Below are positions 26,875 through 38,400 of a stretch of DNA of 64,000 nucleotides, piece after piece. The position numbers and the translations under genes are program-made. The notes beneath the pieces were generated by a model, which was given only the letters and a program-made list of their open reading frames with translations, was not told the origin of the DNA and ran no database searches. This stretch comes from Lama glama (taxonomy: Eukaryota): the NCBI GenBank assembly GCA_028534125.1, contig CM052816.1, positions 13,642,001 through 13,706,000 of the forward strand, given 5' to 3'. Positions within the stretch are counted from its first letter, which is position 1. The number at the start of each line of letters is the position of its first letter.

Positions 26875-27095
26875 AACATCAAATGACTTTACGACAGACC
26901 ACGTTCTAAGCACTTTAGATGAGCTCACTCATTTCTTCCTCATAACTGTAGTGTAAGCGCTACCACTAACCCCATTTCTCAGCTCAGGAAACAGGCATAG
27001 AGAGCATCAGTAGCCTCCCCGCGTTAACAGACAAGCGGCCCGAGTGGGATCTGGACTCAAGCAGACTAGCCCTACGGCCCGCCCTTAACCACTTT
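26875..27095 (-). mobile_element. MIR SINE
   Basis: gttctaagcactttagatg...actcattt..tcctcataac...ccccatttctcagctcaggaaacaggcatagagag. Confidence 0.62.
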
Positions 27096-27295
27096 CTGCC
27101 GTGTCTGTTCCTCTTCCACTGCAGATCCCAGCTTCAGCGGTGGGAAAAATAAACTCCCCCAAACTCAGAAATCTAAACACAGGGCGACGGCTACGCCAAG
27201 CTCCCGGGTCCACCCTACCCTAGAGCAGCCACATTAGCACAAGAACTCTCCTCGCCCCCAGCACTCCAACTTCTGCTTCCTGCGAGTAGCAACAG

Positions 27296-27309
27296 GTTGT
27301 TATAGCAAC
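27296..27309. promoter_or_regulatory. Candidate RFX X-box
   Basis: GTTGTTATAGCAAC, an imperfect palindrome fitting GTTGYYATRGCAAC. Confidence 0.45.
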
Positions 27310-28724
27310 CGAAGCAGCACCAGTGCAGAGGGGAGGAGGAAGGGTAATTTTAGCAGCACGGGGCAAAGTTCAGAGACTGCCACTTGGCCACCACAGAGCA
27401 CTGGCTGGCTCCTAGCTGTTGTAGAGTCCGCTCCCTAGGTCGCCTAGTGAAGGCGCTGCTGTTTGTTTTCTTTCAAATGTACGTAAGGCTGTGATATCAC
27501 AGTACGGGTGTCGGGGGATGGGGTGGGGAGGAACAGGTGTACTGAAAACAAGAAAAAATGAGAAATCATCCCCAACGTCATCACACCGTTCATTCTTCAA
27601 CGGGAATGAGAGGACAGAAGGGAAACCTGTTCTGCTGAGTGATGATTTTATTTGAACTTTTTTATCCTTGTATTTCTCACCATCTCTAGTCCCCAGAAAA
27701 GTACCCGCTCCTGTCATTACAATCACTGGTATTAACCCAAAAGGAGCCAAATCAGACTTCAGCTCCTCCTCTGTGGTAACCGTGGTTACTCTCAAATCAG
27801 CGCCCAGGTAAGAGGCCGGAGTGAGAGGCATCTGTGCTCAGAGGCAGCTGACTCCTGGAAAGATGACTCAATCACTGGGCCTGCTGGGCCACTGCCTCTT
27901 CAGATCCTCCAGCCGCCTGCGTGTGTGCGCAGGAGTGGGAGGCCCCGAGGCCACTAAGGAGAAGATGTTCTTCGGGTCTGCGGTGGCGGCGAGAACTCAG
28001 GGAGGGGCACTCAGGGCATTTTCTCATCTATCACTGGATTTGTTCAAAGTCTTGGACAAAATCTTAATGGCATAAGACTTCCTTTGAATTATATATTCCT
28101 TAACCTTTGATACAAGACCAAAGAGCTCCAATTTACTCATAAATGGAAACTGTAAAATCGGTAGGAAAGTGCTATAAAACTGGAAGAAGAACCCTTGCCG
28201 GGGTCCCGCCATTCCTCTGAAAACCTCTGACTGAACTGAACGTCTCCTTCCCACCTTCATCGTATTCGTTTTCAGAAAGCAGACGAACTTGGCTGGGGGT
28301 TGGGGGGAGACCCCACTTTGCTACATTTCGGCTAGTTTTTCCCACCTACAGGCAGGCACCCCTCAAGGCCATTTCACCACTGAGTAAAACCCTTACCTTC
28401 TCAAGTAAAAGGGGGACGTTGCCCAAAATGCCCTGCAGGTGGTGCAAGGGGCCCGCGGCCGAATGACTCACGGTTCCGGGGGTGGGGAGAGTGGGGAGAC
28501 GGGAAGAAAATCTTGAAAGTCCTTTTGCCTTCATTGATTCCAATGAAAACATCTTCCCTGTAGGTGGCCTCTAACACGCTACTGAAGGTCACTCTGGCTA
28601 GAGTTTCCTAGTGATTTATCACAGGGCAGGGGACCCCAGAGAATCCATCTTTGAAAAATGAATAAAATTCTCTTCCTGGTTTTTCAGTAACTGGTTAGAA
28701 TCATCCATGTTTCAGCTACAGCCC

Positions 28725-28985
28725 CTCCAGGTCAGCGGTAACAAATGCTGGCCTCTGGGTTGAGGCAGTACCGCTTTTTGACGTGCACAACATGTAATAT
28801 GTATTCTTAAATTATTTGCCAGCATATTTTCTTTAAATCAGGAGATTTCCTATAAAACTCTGACTTTTCAGTTTCTCTTGAAAAAATTTAAAGATCTAAC
28901 CACAGAGGGCTCATTTTCACACTCAGCAAAAGTGGGCTAAGAGGAGAGTCCCCATGCCCGCAGGACCCAATTTGCAACCCCTGTC
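28725..28985. mobile_element. Old hAT-type DNA transposon remnant (subfamily uncertain)
   Basis: Ends in ...caatttgcaacccctg, with an interior aaatcaggagatttc...tttctcttgaaaaa...gatct typical of Charlie-derived MERs. Confidence 0.4.
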
Positions 28986-29326
28986 CTAGGCTCTGAGTCC
29001 TGGACCTCCACAATCAAAATAGTCCCACATTGCCCAAGCACACGGGTATCTACTCCCACAAAGGAGGTGCGCCTTCTACACTTGGATGATTTATGAACTA
29101 GCACAACACGATCAGAAATCAAAACACTAGAATGACTGCTCTGGGGCTGACCCTCAGCCTTACTTCAGACCCTTGTGAAGAACAGATGGGCTGGGCTCTA
29201 AGCTTATCTACCCAAGATTCTCTGAAGATGATGGGCTTGGATATTCTGAAGGTTTTCTGAAGAAGACGGTATGTTTTCCAAACCTCCTGCCCTAAAATCC
29301 AAAAACAAGGCTTGCGAAATTCTCAC

Positions 29327-29398
29327 CTTGGCAGCGCCAATCTGCTCCTTTCGAAACTTCTCCAAGGGAGTGATGAGCACTTCGCTGGCATTCTCAAT
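29327..29398 (-). CDS. ARHGAP26: ARHGAP26 coding exon 4 (72 nt, phase 0-0), BAR domain
   Basis: IENASEVLITPLEKFRKEQIGAAK inside ORF 29204..29440(-). Acceptor tttcctctccAG; donor AAG|GTGAGA. Confidence 0.97.
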
Positions 29399-30275
29399 CT
29401 GGAGAGGAAATGTGGGGTGGGGTTGGGGGGGGGACGACACAAAAGCAGGATCAGTAGAGAGTCAGGGCAGCCCTGGCCACAGAAGGCCTCCCCGCACCCC
29501 AAGTATAAGATCAGAGTCAGCAGCATGGTGCTCGTATCAACTGTTCACAGCCCTTGAGCCAGCAATGCACCAAACCAAAATCGAGTCATCGGTTCAAATG
29601 ATACTCTTCCTGCGCGTGATTAAGATAGCATTCTTTAAAAATAAAAACGAGGACCTCTAAAAATGTAAGCAACCACATGGAAGGCAGAGCGGAACTAGTG
29701 ACAGAGTAGGGGCTAAATTTTGAGTTTCAGGTGACATCCTATAAATGCTCATTCACCCAAGTTATATTTAAGTAGATGAATTTAAAGTAGCTCAACACTG
29801 AGTCTAAATTAAACAAACCCCACTCTCCCACCCCCACCAAAAAAAAAAAACCTCACCTTTGGTGACATGAAAGCCACCAAGGCCTGGTTCTGTGTAGCCT
29901 GGCCAGCTCTAGTCTGGGCTCAGGGTATCGTGCCTCCTGCCACTGGCTGCCTTTCAACTTCATCTCACAGCACTCAGCCCCTCAGGTCCTGCCCCCAACT
30001 ACCCCGTCACCTGCAGGCACTTGGCCCACTCCCAAGCCTCTGCATTTAGCTGTTCCCTCAGGTGCTCTGTCCCCAAATCCTCGTATGGACAACTTATTAT
30101 TTTTGGTAACCCAGGTTTCAGCTTAAAGGTCACCATTTTTTGGAGGCGGGGGGGGGGCCTTCTCTGACCACCAATGCACTCCAGACAAACTTTCCACCAC
30201 CCCACCAAGTGTTTTCTTCAGAAGATGTAAGCCGGCTGAAGTTTTCTGGTTCACCATTACAACATGCGTGCTTAA

Positions 30276-30282
30276 ACACACA

Positions 30283-30329
<47 letters not shown>
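30276..30329. repeat. (CA)n microsatellite
   Basis: Long ac dinucleotide run with one interruption. Confidence 0.95.
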
Positions 30330-30331
<2 letters not shown>

Positions 30332-30995
30332 CCTACTCACTTGAAAATGCTCACTTGTCTACCACTATCCCCAAAGTACAGAGGAGAGCTGAAACAAAGA
30401 AGCACTCAAACATTTTTCAACAACCAAATGAATGAAAGAATGATTTCTTGATTGGCTGCCAACTGTGTAACCATGGGCAAAACATTTAACCTCTCTGGGC
30501 CCTAATTTCCTCATCTGCAAAATGAGTGGGCTGGATTGTTCCAGCTCTAAGACTCTATGGTCTTTCCTAAGGCAGCACAATATTTTACAATCTTTCCTTT
30601 TCAGTCATTCATTGCTCACTTGTCACTTAACTAATTATTTCAGGAATCTTGTTGCAACAAAGCATTATTTTTCCAAGTCACATGTCTATCCATCGCAATG
30701 AAACCAGCAGAGTAAATGCCAGAAGCCAGAGATGGACACAGCAAAGAACTAACTGGACATATGAGGGGTAGAGGGTGGCAGGTGGGTTTCCAAATTTGTT
30801 GCCTTTCACCTTTTTCATAATTTTGAGAGCCCTTATTCTAGAAAAGAGCATTTTAACACTCAAGTGTTGCAAAGTCGTTCAACTTGTTTGATTTTTATTG
30901 TTATTTGATGTTGTTTAACTGGTTCACTTACTTCCTTCTTTTCTACAAATCAAGTGTGAGTCTGAAACTCACAGTAGTGTGCTGAGCCTCTAAGC

Positions 30996-31172
30996 CAGGG
31001 GCTCTCAACATCAGCTGAAGGTTAGGCTCACCTGGGAAGCTTTTAGAAATCCCAGCATCCAGGCTACACTCCAGACCAATGAATCAGAATCTCTATACTT
31101 AACATCCCAGGCATTGGTATTTTATAAACTCCCCAGGTCGTTACAATGGGCATCCAGGGGTGAGAATCCAGC
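30996..31172. mobile_element. hAT-Charlie MITE (MER5A-like)
   Basis: caggggctctcaac...tcacctgggaagctttta...ccagaccaatgaatcagaatctc...aactccccagg...gtgagaat. Confidence 0.7.
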
Positions 31173-32287
31173 CCTAGCCAGATGCTAAATATACAAAAGC
31201 GCTAACTGCCCCCCTGGGAATCCAGACACCCAAGCCCTCGCTCCAGTCCTGCAACTGCATGCTATCAGCCTTCGTGAGACCTCACTTCTCCTGTCAAATA
31301 AGAGGCTGCAGACGGAGAGGAATGAAGTCCATCTGGAACTAAGTTTCTTGGACTTTGTAACTTCCACTTAGTTCCAAGCACTGTGCTGATACTGCGCGCA
31401 CAGCAGCCCATTCCCTGCCCTTCAAGAACTCATATTTCCCATGGGACACAGACACATGAAGTGATTATCAGGACACAGTGTGATCAATGCAGAATTAATT
31501 CAAGCCTTTTAAGTCATTCATGTAAGTCTTGAATTGACTTAAGAGGCTTGAATTGGATGTTCAGAAAATACAAAGAATGGTCAAATATCTCAGGGAGTCA
31601 GGGAAGGCTTCCCAAAGAAGGTACAACTGTTCAGGGCTGAGCTGAATTGATGATGAAGCTGTCACAGGGTGAGGAGGTAGGGAAGGGGCTTGCGAAGGCC
31701 AGATACTCAGATGCAGAGTAGAAACCCGATTTACTGACGTTAATAATAAAATCGCAGAGGCAAGCTGAAAAGTACAATCCAGTCATTGTTCCCTCACCCA
31801 GACCATAGCAATCTGCAGGGTATTCTTGGTGATTTGCTCACCACACCCCACCACCCTCAAATAATAAGTCCGCCAAGAATCAGACTCGAAAGAATCATTT
31901 CCCTTTCTTAGGCACCAGCACGCGCACAAACACACAAGCCTTCCCCTGCCTCGGCCCACCACCAGCCCTGCTGCTGTCGCAGCCACCCTCCTGATTCTGA
32001 TTCAAGCACCCAGCAGTGAGCAACCAAGGCACACAGTGTCTCCCTCTGCGAGGAGGAAGGGGAGAGGCTTTTGCTCCGGTTGGACTTTTAAAGAAACGCC
32101 CACATTCTTTGCATATCACACACATTTGGGTTTGAATTCAGACTGTGCCACTTATTAACTGTGTGATCCTGGGTGTGTTACTCAACAGCTATAAACCCAA
32201 GTGTCTTCACCTGGACCATGGGGATGATACAGGCACCACTTCAGAGTCATCATGAGAGTCAGATGGCGCATGGCTGAATGTCTTGGT

Positions 32288-32924
32288 CGAGGCTAAGGAC
32301 TGAATGGCATCCCCTCCAAAATTCATATACTGAAGCCCTAACCCCTGTTAAATTAAACAAGGAGGCCATGAGGTTGAGGTGGCTCTAATGGCTTAGCAGC
32401 CTATCTAAGCAAAACAAAGCCGAAGGCTGTAAATCACACACGGTCAAGACGTTGAAACCTGACAACCAATCACAAACGACTAGACTTTCCCAAATAAGGC
32501 GACCGCTTAGGCTGTCTCCAATCAGATCGTGTCCTTGCTTTGCTCCCACGGCTGATCTGTAAAAAGCCTCCACGCTGACTCCTGTTGGTGGAGAGCTCCC
32601 AACCACACTTCCAGGTCGGGGCTGCTGCCCAATTCGAATCAAAATTTAACACGCCTCAGCTTATCTTTTAGCACCCTCAATAGGATGATCAGGTCATAAG
32701 GGTGGAATCCTCATGACGGGACTGGGGCCCTTACAAGAACAGAGAGGAGAGCGCCCTGACCCTCTCTCTGCCCTGGGAGGAAACAGCAAGGAGGTGGCGG
32801 TCTGCAAGCCAGGAAGAGGGGCCCTCACCAGGAACCAGATCAGCAACCGTGAAAAATAAATGTTGGTTGTTTAAGCCCCCCAGTCCCTGGTGTTTTGTTA
32901 TTGCAGCCTGGGCAGACTTAGGCA
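32288..32924 (+). mobile_element. ERVL-MaLR solo LTR (MLT1A/MST-like), split by the nested LTR
   Basis: 5' part ggactgaatggcatcccctccaaaattcatatactgaagccctaacccc; 3' part ctgcaagccaggaagagggccctcaccaggaacc...tgttattgcagcc. Confidence 0.75.
32346..32673 (+). mobile_element. ERV1-type solo LTR (328 bp) nested in a MaLR LTR
   Basis: Termini TGTTAAA...TTTAGCA, 4-bp flanks cccc/ccct, two CCAATC boxes. It interrupts MLT/MST-like sequence. Confidence 0.72.
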
Positions 32925-33669
32925 GCAGACTTAGTCCTGAAACTACCGGCCGTTAGTATGGGAGGAGAAGAAAAATGCTCACTGATGGACTCTTCCCTAC
33001 GCCTCTGGAGCACCACTGCCTAGAGACAAGCCCACCTCGGGACAAGTCAGCATGAAGCTTCGAGGATGCAAAAGAACTGCCTGTGGATGTAAAATCCTTC
33101 ATCTGTCAATGCTGAACCACATCTAGCACAAAGATATATCTTAAGAACCTGGAGATCAGCACTTGGTTCTTGAATGTGCGCAGTGCCTCTCTGAAGAACT
33201 TCGTGTAGTTACCATCACTTACTAAGTGCCCACTGACTGGGTGCCTACTAACATGGCAGGCACTGTGTTAGGTGCTTTGGAATGAAAAACGGGGACGTGC
33301 TCTTGGATGGGTTTAATAAAGTGAGGAGAAGGGGAGCCGAGTGGGGCTCCTTCATTTCCAATCTGCCAGCAGGGAATCTGAGGCTCCCAAAAGGTAAACA
33401 ATTCCAAGGACCCACCCTAAGTCATACACTTTACATATACACCCTATTGTGAATCTTCAAGGGGACAACAATGTGGCTCTCAAGTTATCCAGGGTAACCC
33501 TTTAACATGTACGTGAGACCCTGCCAGGATGCCAGATGCGGCTTGCTCAAGAGTCCAAAGCTGCAAGTGGCAGAGTCTGGACTCAAACCCTGTTCTTCTG
33601 ACAACAAATCCTGTGCTGCCTTGAGGCAACCGCGCTGTCCAGGACCCAGGGCAGCCCAGCCATACTCAC

Positions 33670-33731
33670 CATCCGTATCCGCTCATCTTCAAGATTCCTG
33701 AGGACAGTAGCAAATTCCTGCAAAGACCTTG
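33670..33731 (-). CDS. ARHGAP26: ARHGAP26 coding exon 3 (62 nt, phase 1-0), BAR domain
   Basis: Translates as (A)RSLQEFATVLRNLEDERIRM. Acceptor ctcttttccAG; donor ATG|GTGAGT. Phase continues from exon 2. Confidence 0.96.
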
Positions 33732-35344
33732 CTGGAAAAGAGAAAGGGGCCATGAGGTGGAAGAAAGAGCAACGGACCTTTGGGAACCCGTCCAGATACA
33801 GCCATTACCTTATGGACTGGAACCCCTGGGCATACGCAGAAACCTAAAGACAACCCTTTGCAAAGCTTCCCTTAGCTTTTAATCATTAACCATGAAGGAA
33901 GACCCAGGAATGCAGGATAATCCACCGGGCACTCTAGCTAGGGAAGGGCTTCCTTCAAGGAAAAGATCTGCCTGTTGCTGAGAATACCCAGGACTGATGG
34001 GATGTTGGCCGGCTCCCAGGCTCAGGGCCGGACCGGGTAGAGTTCCTCTTAGGAGATGAAGAATTTCCTGCCCAGGATTCGACCTCCTCAACCTTTGTTG
34101 TAGGGCTGCGTCAGAACCCAGCCTTTTCTTGGCACCCACGTTAAACCAACAACGTTGCTGGCATGGGAAGCCAGCCCTCTGGCTTCTCCTTGGGTTCCTC
34201 CTCCCTGCATCCTCAAGCCCTTTAGTACTGCACCATAGCTGGCAGCAAGGCAGCCACACGTGGACAGACTCCTTCACCAGAATTATTCCCAAGGGCAATG
34301 GGCATCAAGTGCAAGAGCCCTGAGGACACTCAAGACATTCCTGTCATGTTGGGAAAAGCATCCATATGTTCAGGAGTTACAACTGTCTCCCGGTCACCTG
34401 ATCCTGACGCTCTGCATGGCAACAGGGACTCCACAGGCATCATTAATTTGGTGACGTCATTAGTTCAGTGTAACTTTCTCAACTCTTGCTCTTTTAATAA
34501 TGGAGTCAACCAAGATGCCCAATGGAAGAAGAAGAAGGTGCGGTGACTAGGCCCTGGCAAAAACAGCTGTCCTGACGTTGCAAATCCTCTGTACTCAATG
34601 TTGCCCACAGAAGAGACGGGATGGTGAAGGGTGACGCGGCACAGCGAGGTGATGAATGGTGACCCCACTCTCAGCCTCTTGTTAAGGAGACAAAGGAAGA
34701 GGTGGGGCCCTGGTGAGCTGGACCTTGAGCTCCTCTCCCACCCAAAGGCAGCAGTGGCCACAGAGCTCCAGCCAACTGTTGCCAGGCCAGAATGTGGGGC
34801 CAGCTGATCAGACTCCCCAATTCACAAAGAACCTGGAAACCTGGAACTTTCCATAAGTTCAATGTATGTGTTAATGCAATGAAAAAAAAAAATGAGTGCC
34901 AAAGAAAACACAGCTCATGAGGACCTCAGCCCACAAGCTATCACTTGCAACCTCTGATCTAATTCTTCCCCTTACCATCCCCCATGTACTCATGTTCTGC
35001 ATGTGTTCTAATTCTAAAGTACTGTGGTTGGGGGAGAGAATGCTACAAAACCAGCCAGAAGCAGAATGCTACAGACGGGTGGAGAGAAGGGCCCCAGTGC
35101 AAGCCTTCAAGCTTTCTCCTGCAGGCTGGAGGGTGACAGAGGCAACCCCAGGACTCTGAGTAGGAGGCCAGGAGAGCCCCGGGCCCCTGACCCTCAGTGA
35201 ACTCGGCCCCCTCCACTGTTACTATGGACTTCTTCATTTATGACACTTACATACATCCTATCTTAGGGGAAAGGCTCAGCGAGGACACAAAGTTGTGGTA
35301 AATGGTGCACTTCTTTTTAAATCTTGCACATGGTTACAACTTAC

Positions 35345-35440
35345 CTATACACATTTCATCATCTGTTTCTGCATCTCCTATGCACTGAAATTTAAATTCA
35401 TTTAGGGAATCTGCAAATTTCCGCTTCGCTGAAGATAAAT
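35345..35440 (-). CDS. ARHGAP26: Rho GTPase-activating protein 26 (GRAF1), coding exon 2 (96 nt, phase 1-1), BAR domain
   Basis: Manual minus-strand translation gives (N)LSSAKRKFADSLNEFKFQCIGDAETDDEMCI(A), matching the GRAF1 N-terminus as I recall it. Acceptor ttcttgctAG; donor G|GTAAGT. Not in the ORF track. Confidence 0.96.
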
Positions 35441-38400
35441 CTAGCAAGAAAAAAGAGTAAAAAACACGAATTACTGAAATAAACTGGCTTTCACATTTGC
35501 TGCACTTTTTAGCCCTTCTACTAACACAGTCGCTGGCAGACTTGTTCCCAAGTCCATCTCAAAGCACAAAAGAATGTAAACTCTAAACAGTAAATACTCG
35601 TTTATAACAATGAAATAGCTGATGTGCTTTAGAAGTTAGTATTTTTATCACACGTGCTTTAACAGTTCTGGTCCTCTCTAATTCCTCAGCCAGCCCTGCC
35701 ATGTCCATCTCACACTGGTGGGAATCCACTTGCTTAAGCAGGTGGGGGAAGAAGCGGCGGGCGGAGCCCACATGAACATCTGCAGCCCCGGGGGTCAGCT
35801 CTGCTGCTGACCCTCCGAGTGAAGCTGCCCCCATGTCAGACTCACATGACAAACTGGTCTGAGGTGGGGGGTATGGAACTGTCTGGGTGGCACAGGAGCA
35901 CCCGGATTTCCTCTTCCAACTCAAGCCCATGTGAGGCCCGAGTGCTCAGAACGCCCTAGGCCCCCAGCGGACAAATCTCCGCCTGAACCACTTCCCTGGG
36001 TCGCCTCGTTTCACCAGCGCCACGAGAACAAAGCCCTGGCAACGTTTTGCGTTGGGGTAAAAACACACCCCACACATGGTATCTATAAAGAAAGCTCTCT
36101 CAGAGGCCCTTGTCAAATTTAAAAAATAAGCTTTCATTTAAGACAGTAATAAAAGCCAATGATCCTTCCTGAACCCTCAGCTTCTGTTAAGGGTATAAAC
36201 CACCAAGGTACCTTTAAGTGGCCTGACAGGCACAGCTGCTCGGCCCAAATGTGCTTAACTTAATTCCACGTGCAGCCTTCCTGCAGATTAAGCTAATCAT
36301 TCAAATTACCCCCGTACATGTTTCCCTCATTGAAGGGGAAATGGCATTATGTCCAAATTCCCAGAGGGGGGAAATATGACGCATAACTGGCAACGAGGTC
36401 TGGCTTTAATAAGATCCTGGGGAGAGTGGGGTCAGGGATTCTGGCTTCACAGATCAACACAGCCTCTTGGAATAAAAGCACCCATGACCCTGCGTTCTTC
36501 CCTTTTTTAGTTTCCAGATTTGTCCCTTGAGGTTAGGGGGGCACATTTTGTTATTCTCTTGGTTTGGGCTGTTTGTTTCTTCTCCATGTACCTGGCAGTG
36601 TGTTGTGCTCCACATGTGCTGAATAATGAGGGGGTGGGTAGGGGGGCAGGCGCTGTATACAAATCCAACCCCCACTGTTCAGTTCACCAATCCCAGTGTT
36701 CACTCCAAGCAATGGTGCCAGTGTGAGAACCAGACGGGGCTGACCTGCTGCTCTCGGGTCTAGGGCTCTGAAAAATGCATGGATACCAGAGGCTCCCGCT
36801 CCGGGACCACTCTCCCAAACTGAGCTCGGATGACGTGGGTCCCGAGGTAGTTATGGCTTGTACGAGGCCCTCTGTTAGACAGCAGAAGAGGAAGGCACTT
36901 GTGGAGAAGAACACAGGGGTCTCCGGTCCCTCCCTGGTTCGGTCACTTTAATGGAACGGTGCTTGGCAAAAAAGTCCCAAGATGCTGGCAGGGAAAGTAG
37001 GCATCTCTTAAAACTGGCCAACCCAGGCTGAGGAGCTCCCTGAGAACACAAACCACTCCCTGGCAAGTCAAGAAAGAAGCAGATGCATCTGAAGGTCAGA
37101 ACACTGTGGGGAGGAAGGGCAGGGGCGGCCACGGGCAGGCAGGAAGAAAACAAGGAAGAATGCTCTTTCCGAATAGAAGAGGGTGCCTTCCGAGAGGCCC
37201 AGAGCGTGCAGCGCCTGGAATGTGGGCGGGTGGTACTCAGCCTCGGCTTTGTCAGAATGTTCCTCAGATCAGAACTCACAGAGGAAGGCCTAAGCAAGCG
37301 GTAAGCACAGGACAGCTTCTCAGTTCACCCGGCAACCCTGCGGGGCCTCCCCAATAGGGCAAGAGAGACTCAAGTCGAACCAGCTTCTTAACAAAGCGGA
37401 AAAAAGGAGAAACGTCACCCATGCTCAGGCGCACACCTGAACAGCGGCGCTGCCAGCAGCAGCTGCCAAGGAGGAGCGAGGCGTGGCTACTAACACACGA
37501 CAGGACCCCTGTGGGCCTTCCACGGGAGCCTCCGGTAACCAGGGGCAGGCCGGCTAGCTTATGACCAGGAGGTAAGCCGACGTCCCCATCCGCAGGCCCG
37601 CAGCACACCCCACCACGGCAGCAGCTGAGAAGCGATGAGGGCCCCACGAAGCTGATAAGGAGGCCGGTCCCCTGGATGGGAGATGAGGTAATGAGTCCTG
37701 GTGTGGAGTCAGTACTGGGCTGCGGGCCAGGGAGCACAGCTGGGTAGAGTGAGACTCCCAGTTCCCGGAACCTGGAAAGGAACTCACCACGGGCTTGAAT
37801 GGCGCACGGGAGGGAGATCTCAGGGTAAAAGTACAGTGGATGCCGGTTGTTTTCTTGTTTAGCATCTACACCCTAGTCTTTGGAACAGCATCTCCAGCTT
37901 GCTCTGGAGAACCTCCCTTCTCCATGTGTGTTGCACGACGGGGGTGGGTGGGGGCTGGTTCTACACTGATCAACTCCTTCTGCAGCCCCCTGCCCTCACC
38001 CTAACCTCCACGGGCTCCCGGGTTCAAGTTCCAACTCCTTCATTCACCAGAGAATTAACAAACCTGGGGGCTGTCACAGAGTCTGTGCCATCTCACCTCA
38101 CTCAGAAGCTGTCGGCCTCTGAGTGAGGAGACCTACTGAAGCTGCCGAGCTGTCAGGAGATCCAGCAGGACACACCAAGAGCTCTGTGCACTGTCAGCCT
38201 CAGCTGGGTTCCTACTCCTCAATATGTGAGTCCTCGAGTGGCAGGCCCCAGGGAAGGTGAGCATGACTCCCTGTACTGAGCTCAGAGAAGCCAAGAGCAC
38301 ACAACCAATTGATCGATCGATCAATCAATATTAAATTAAATTAAAAAGACTAAAAGACAAAAACAAAAACCAGTACACAACCTCTAGAAGTGGATCTGTG

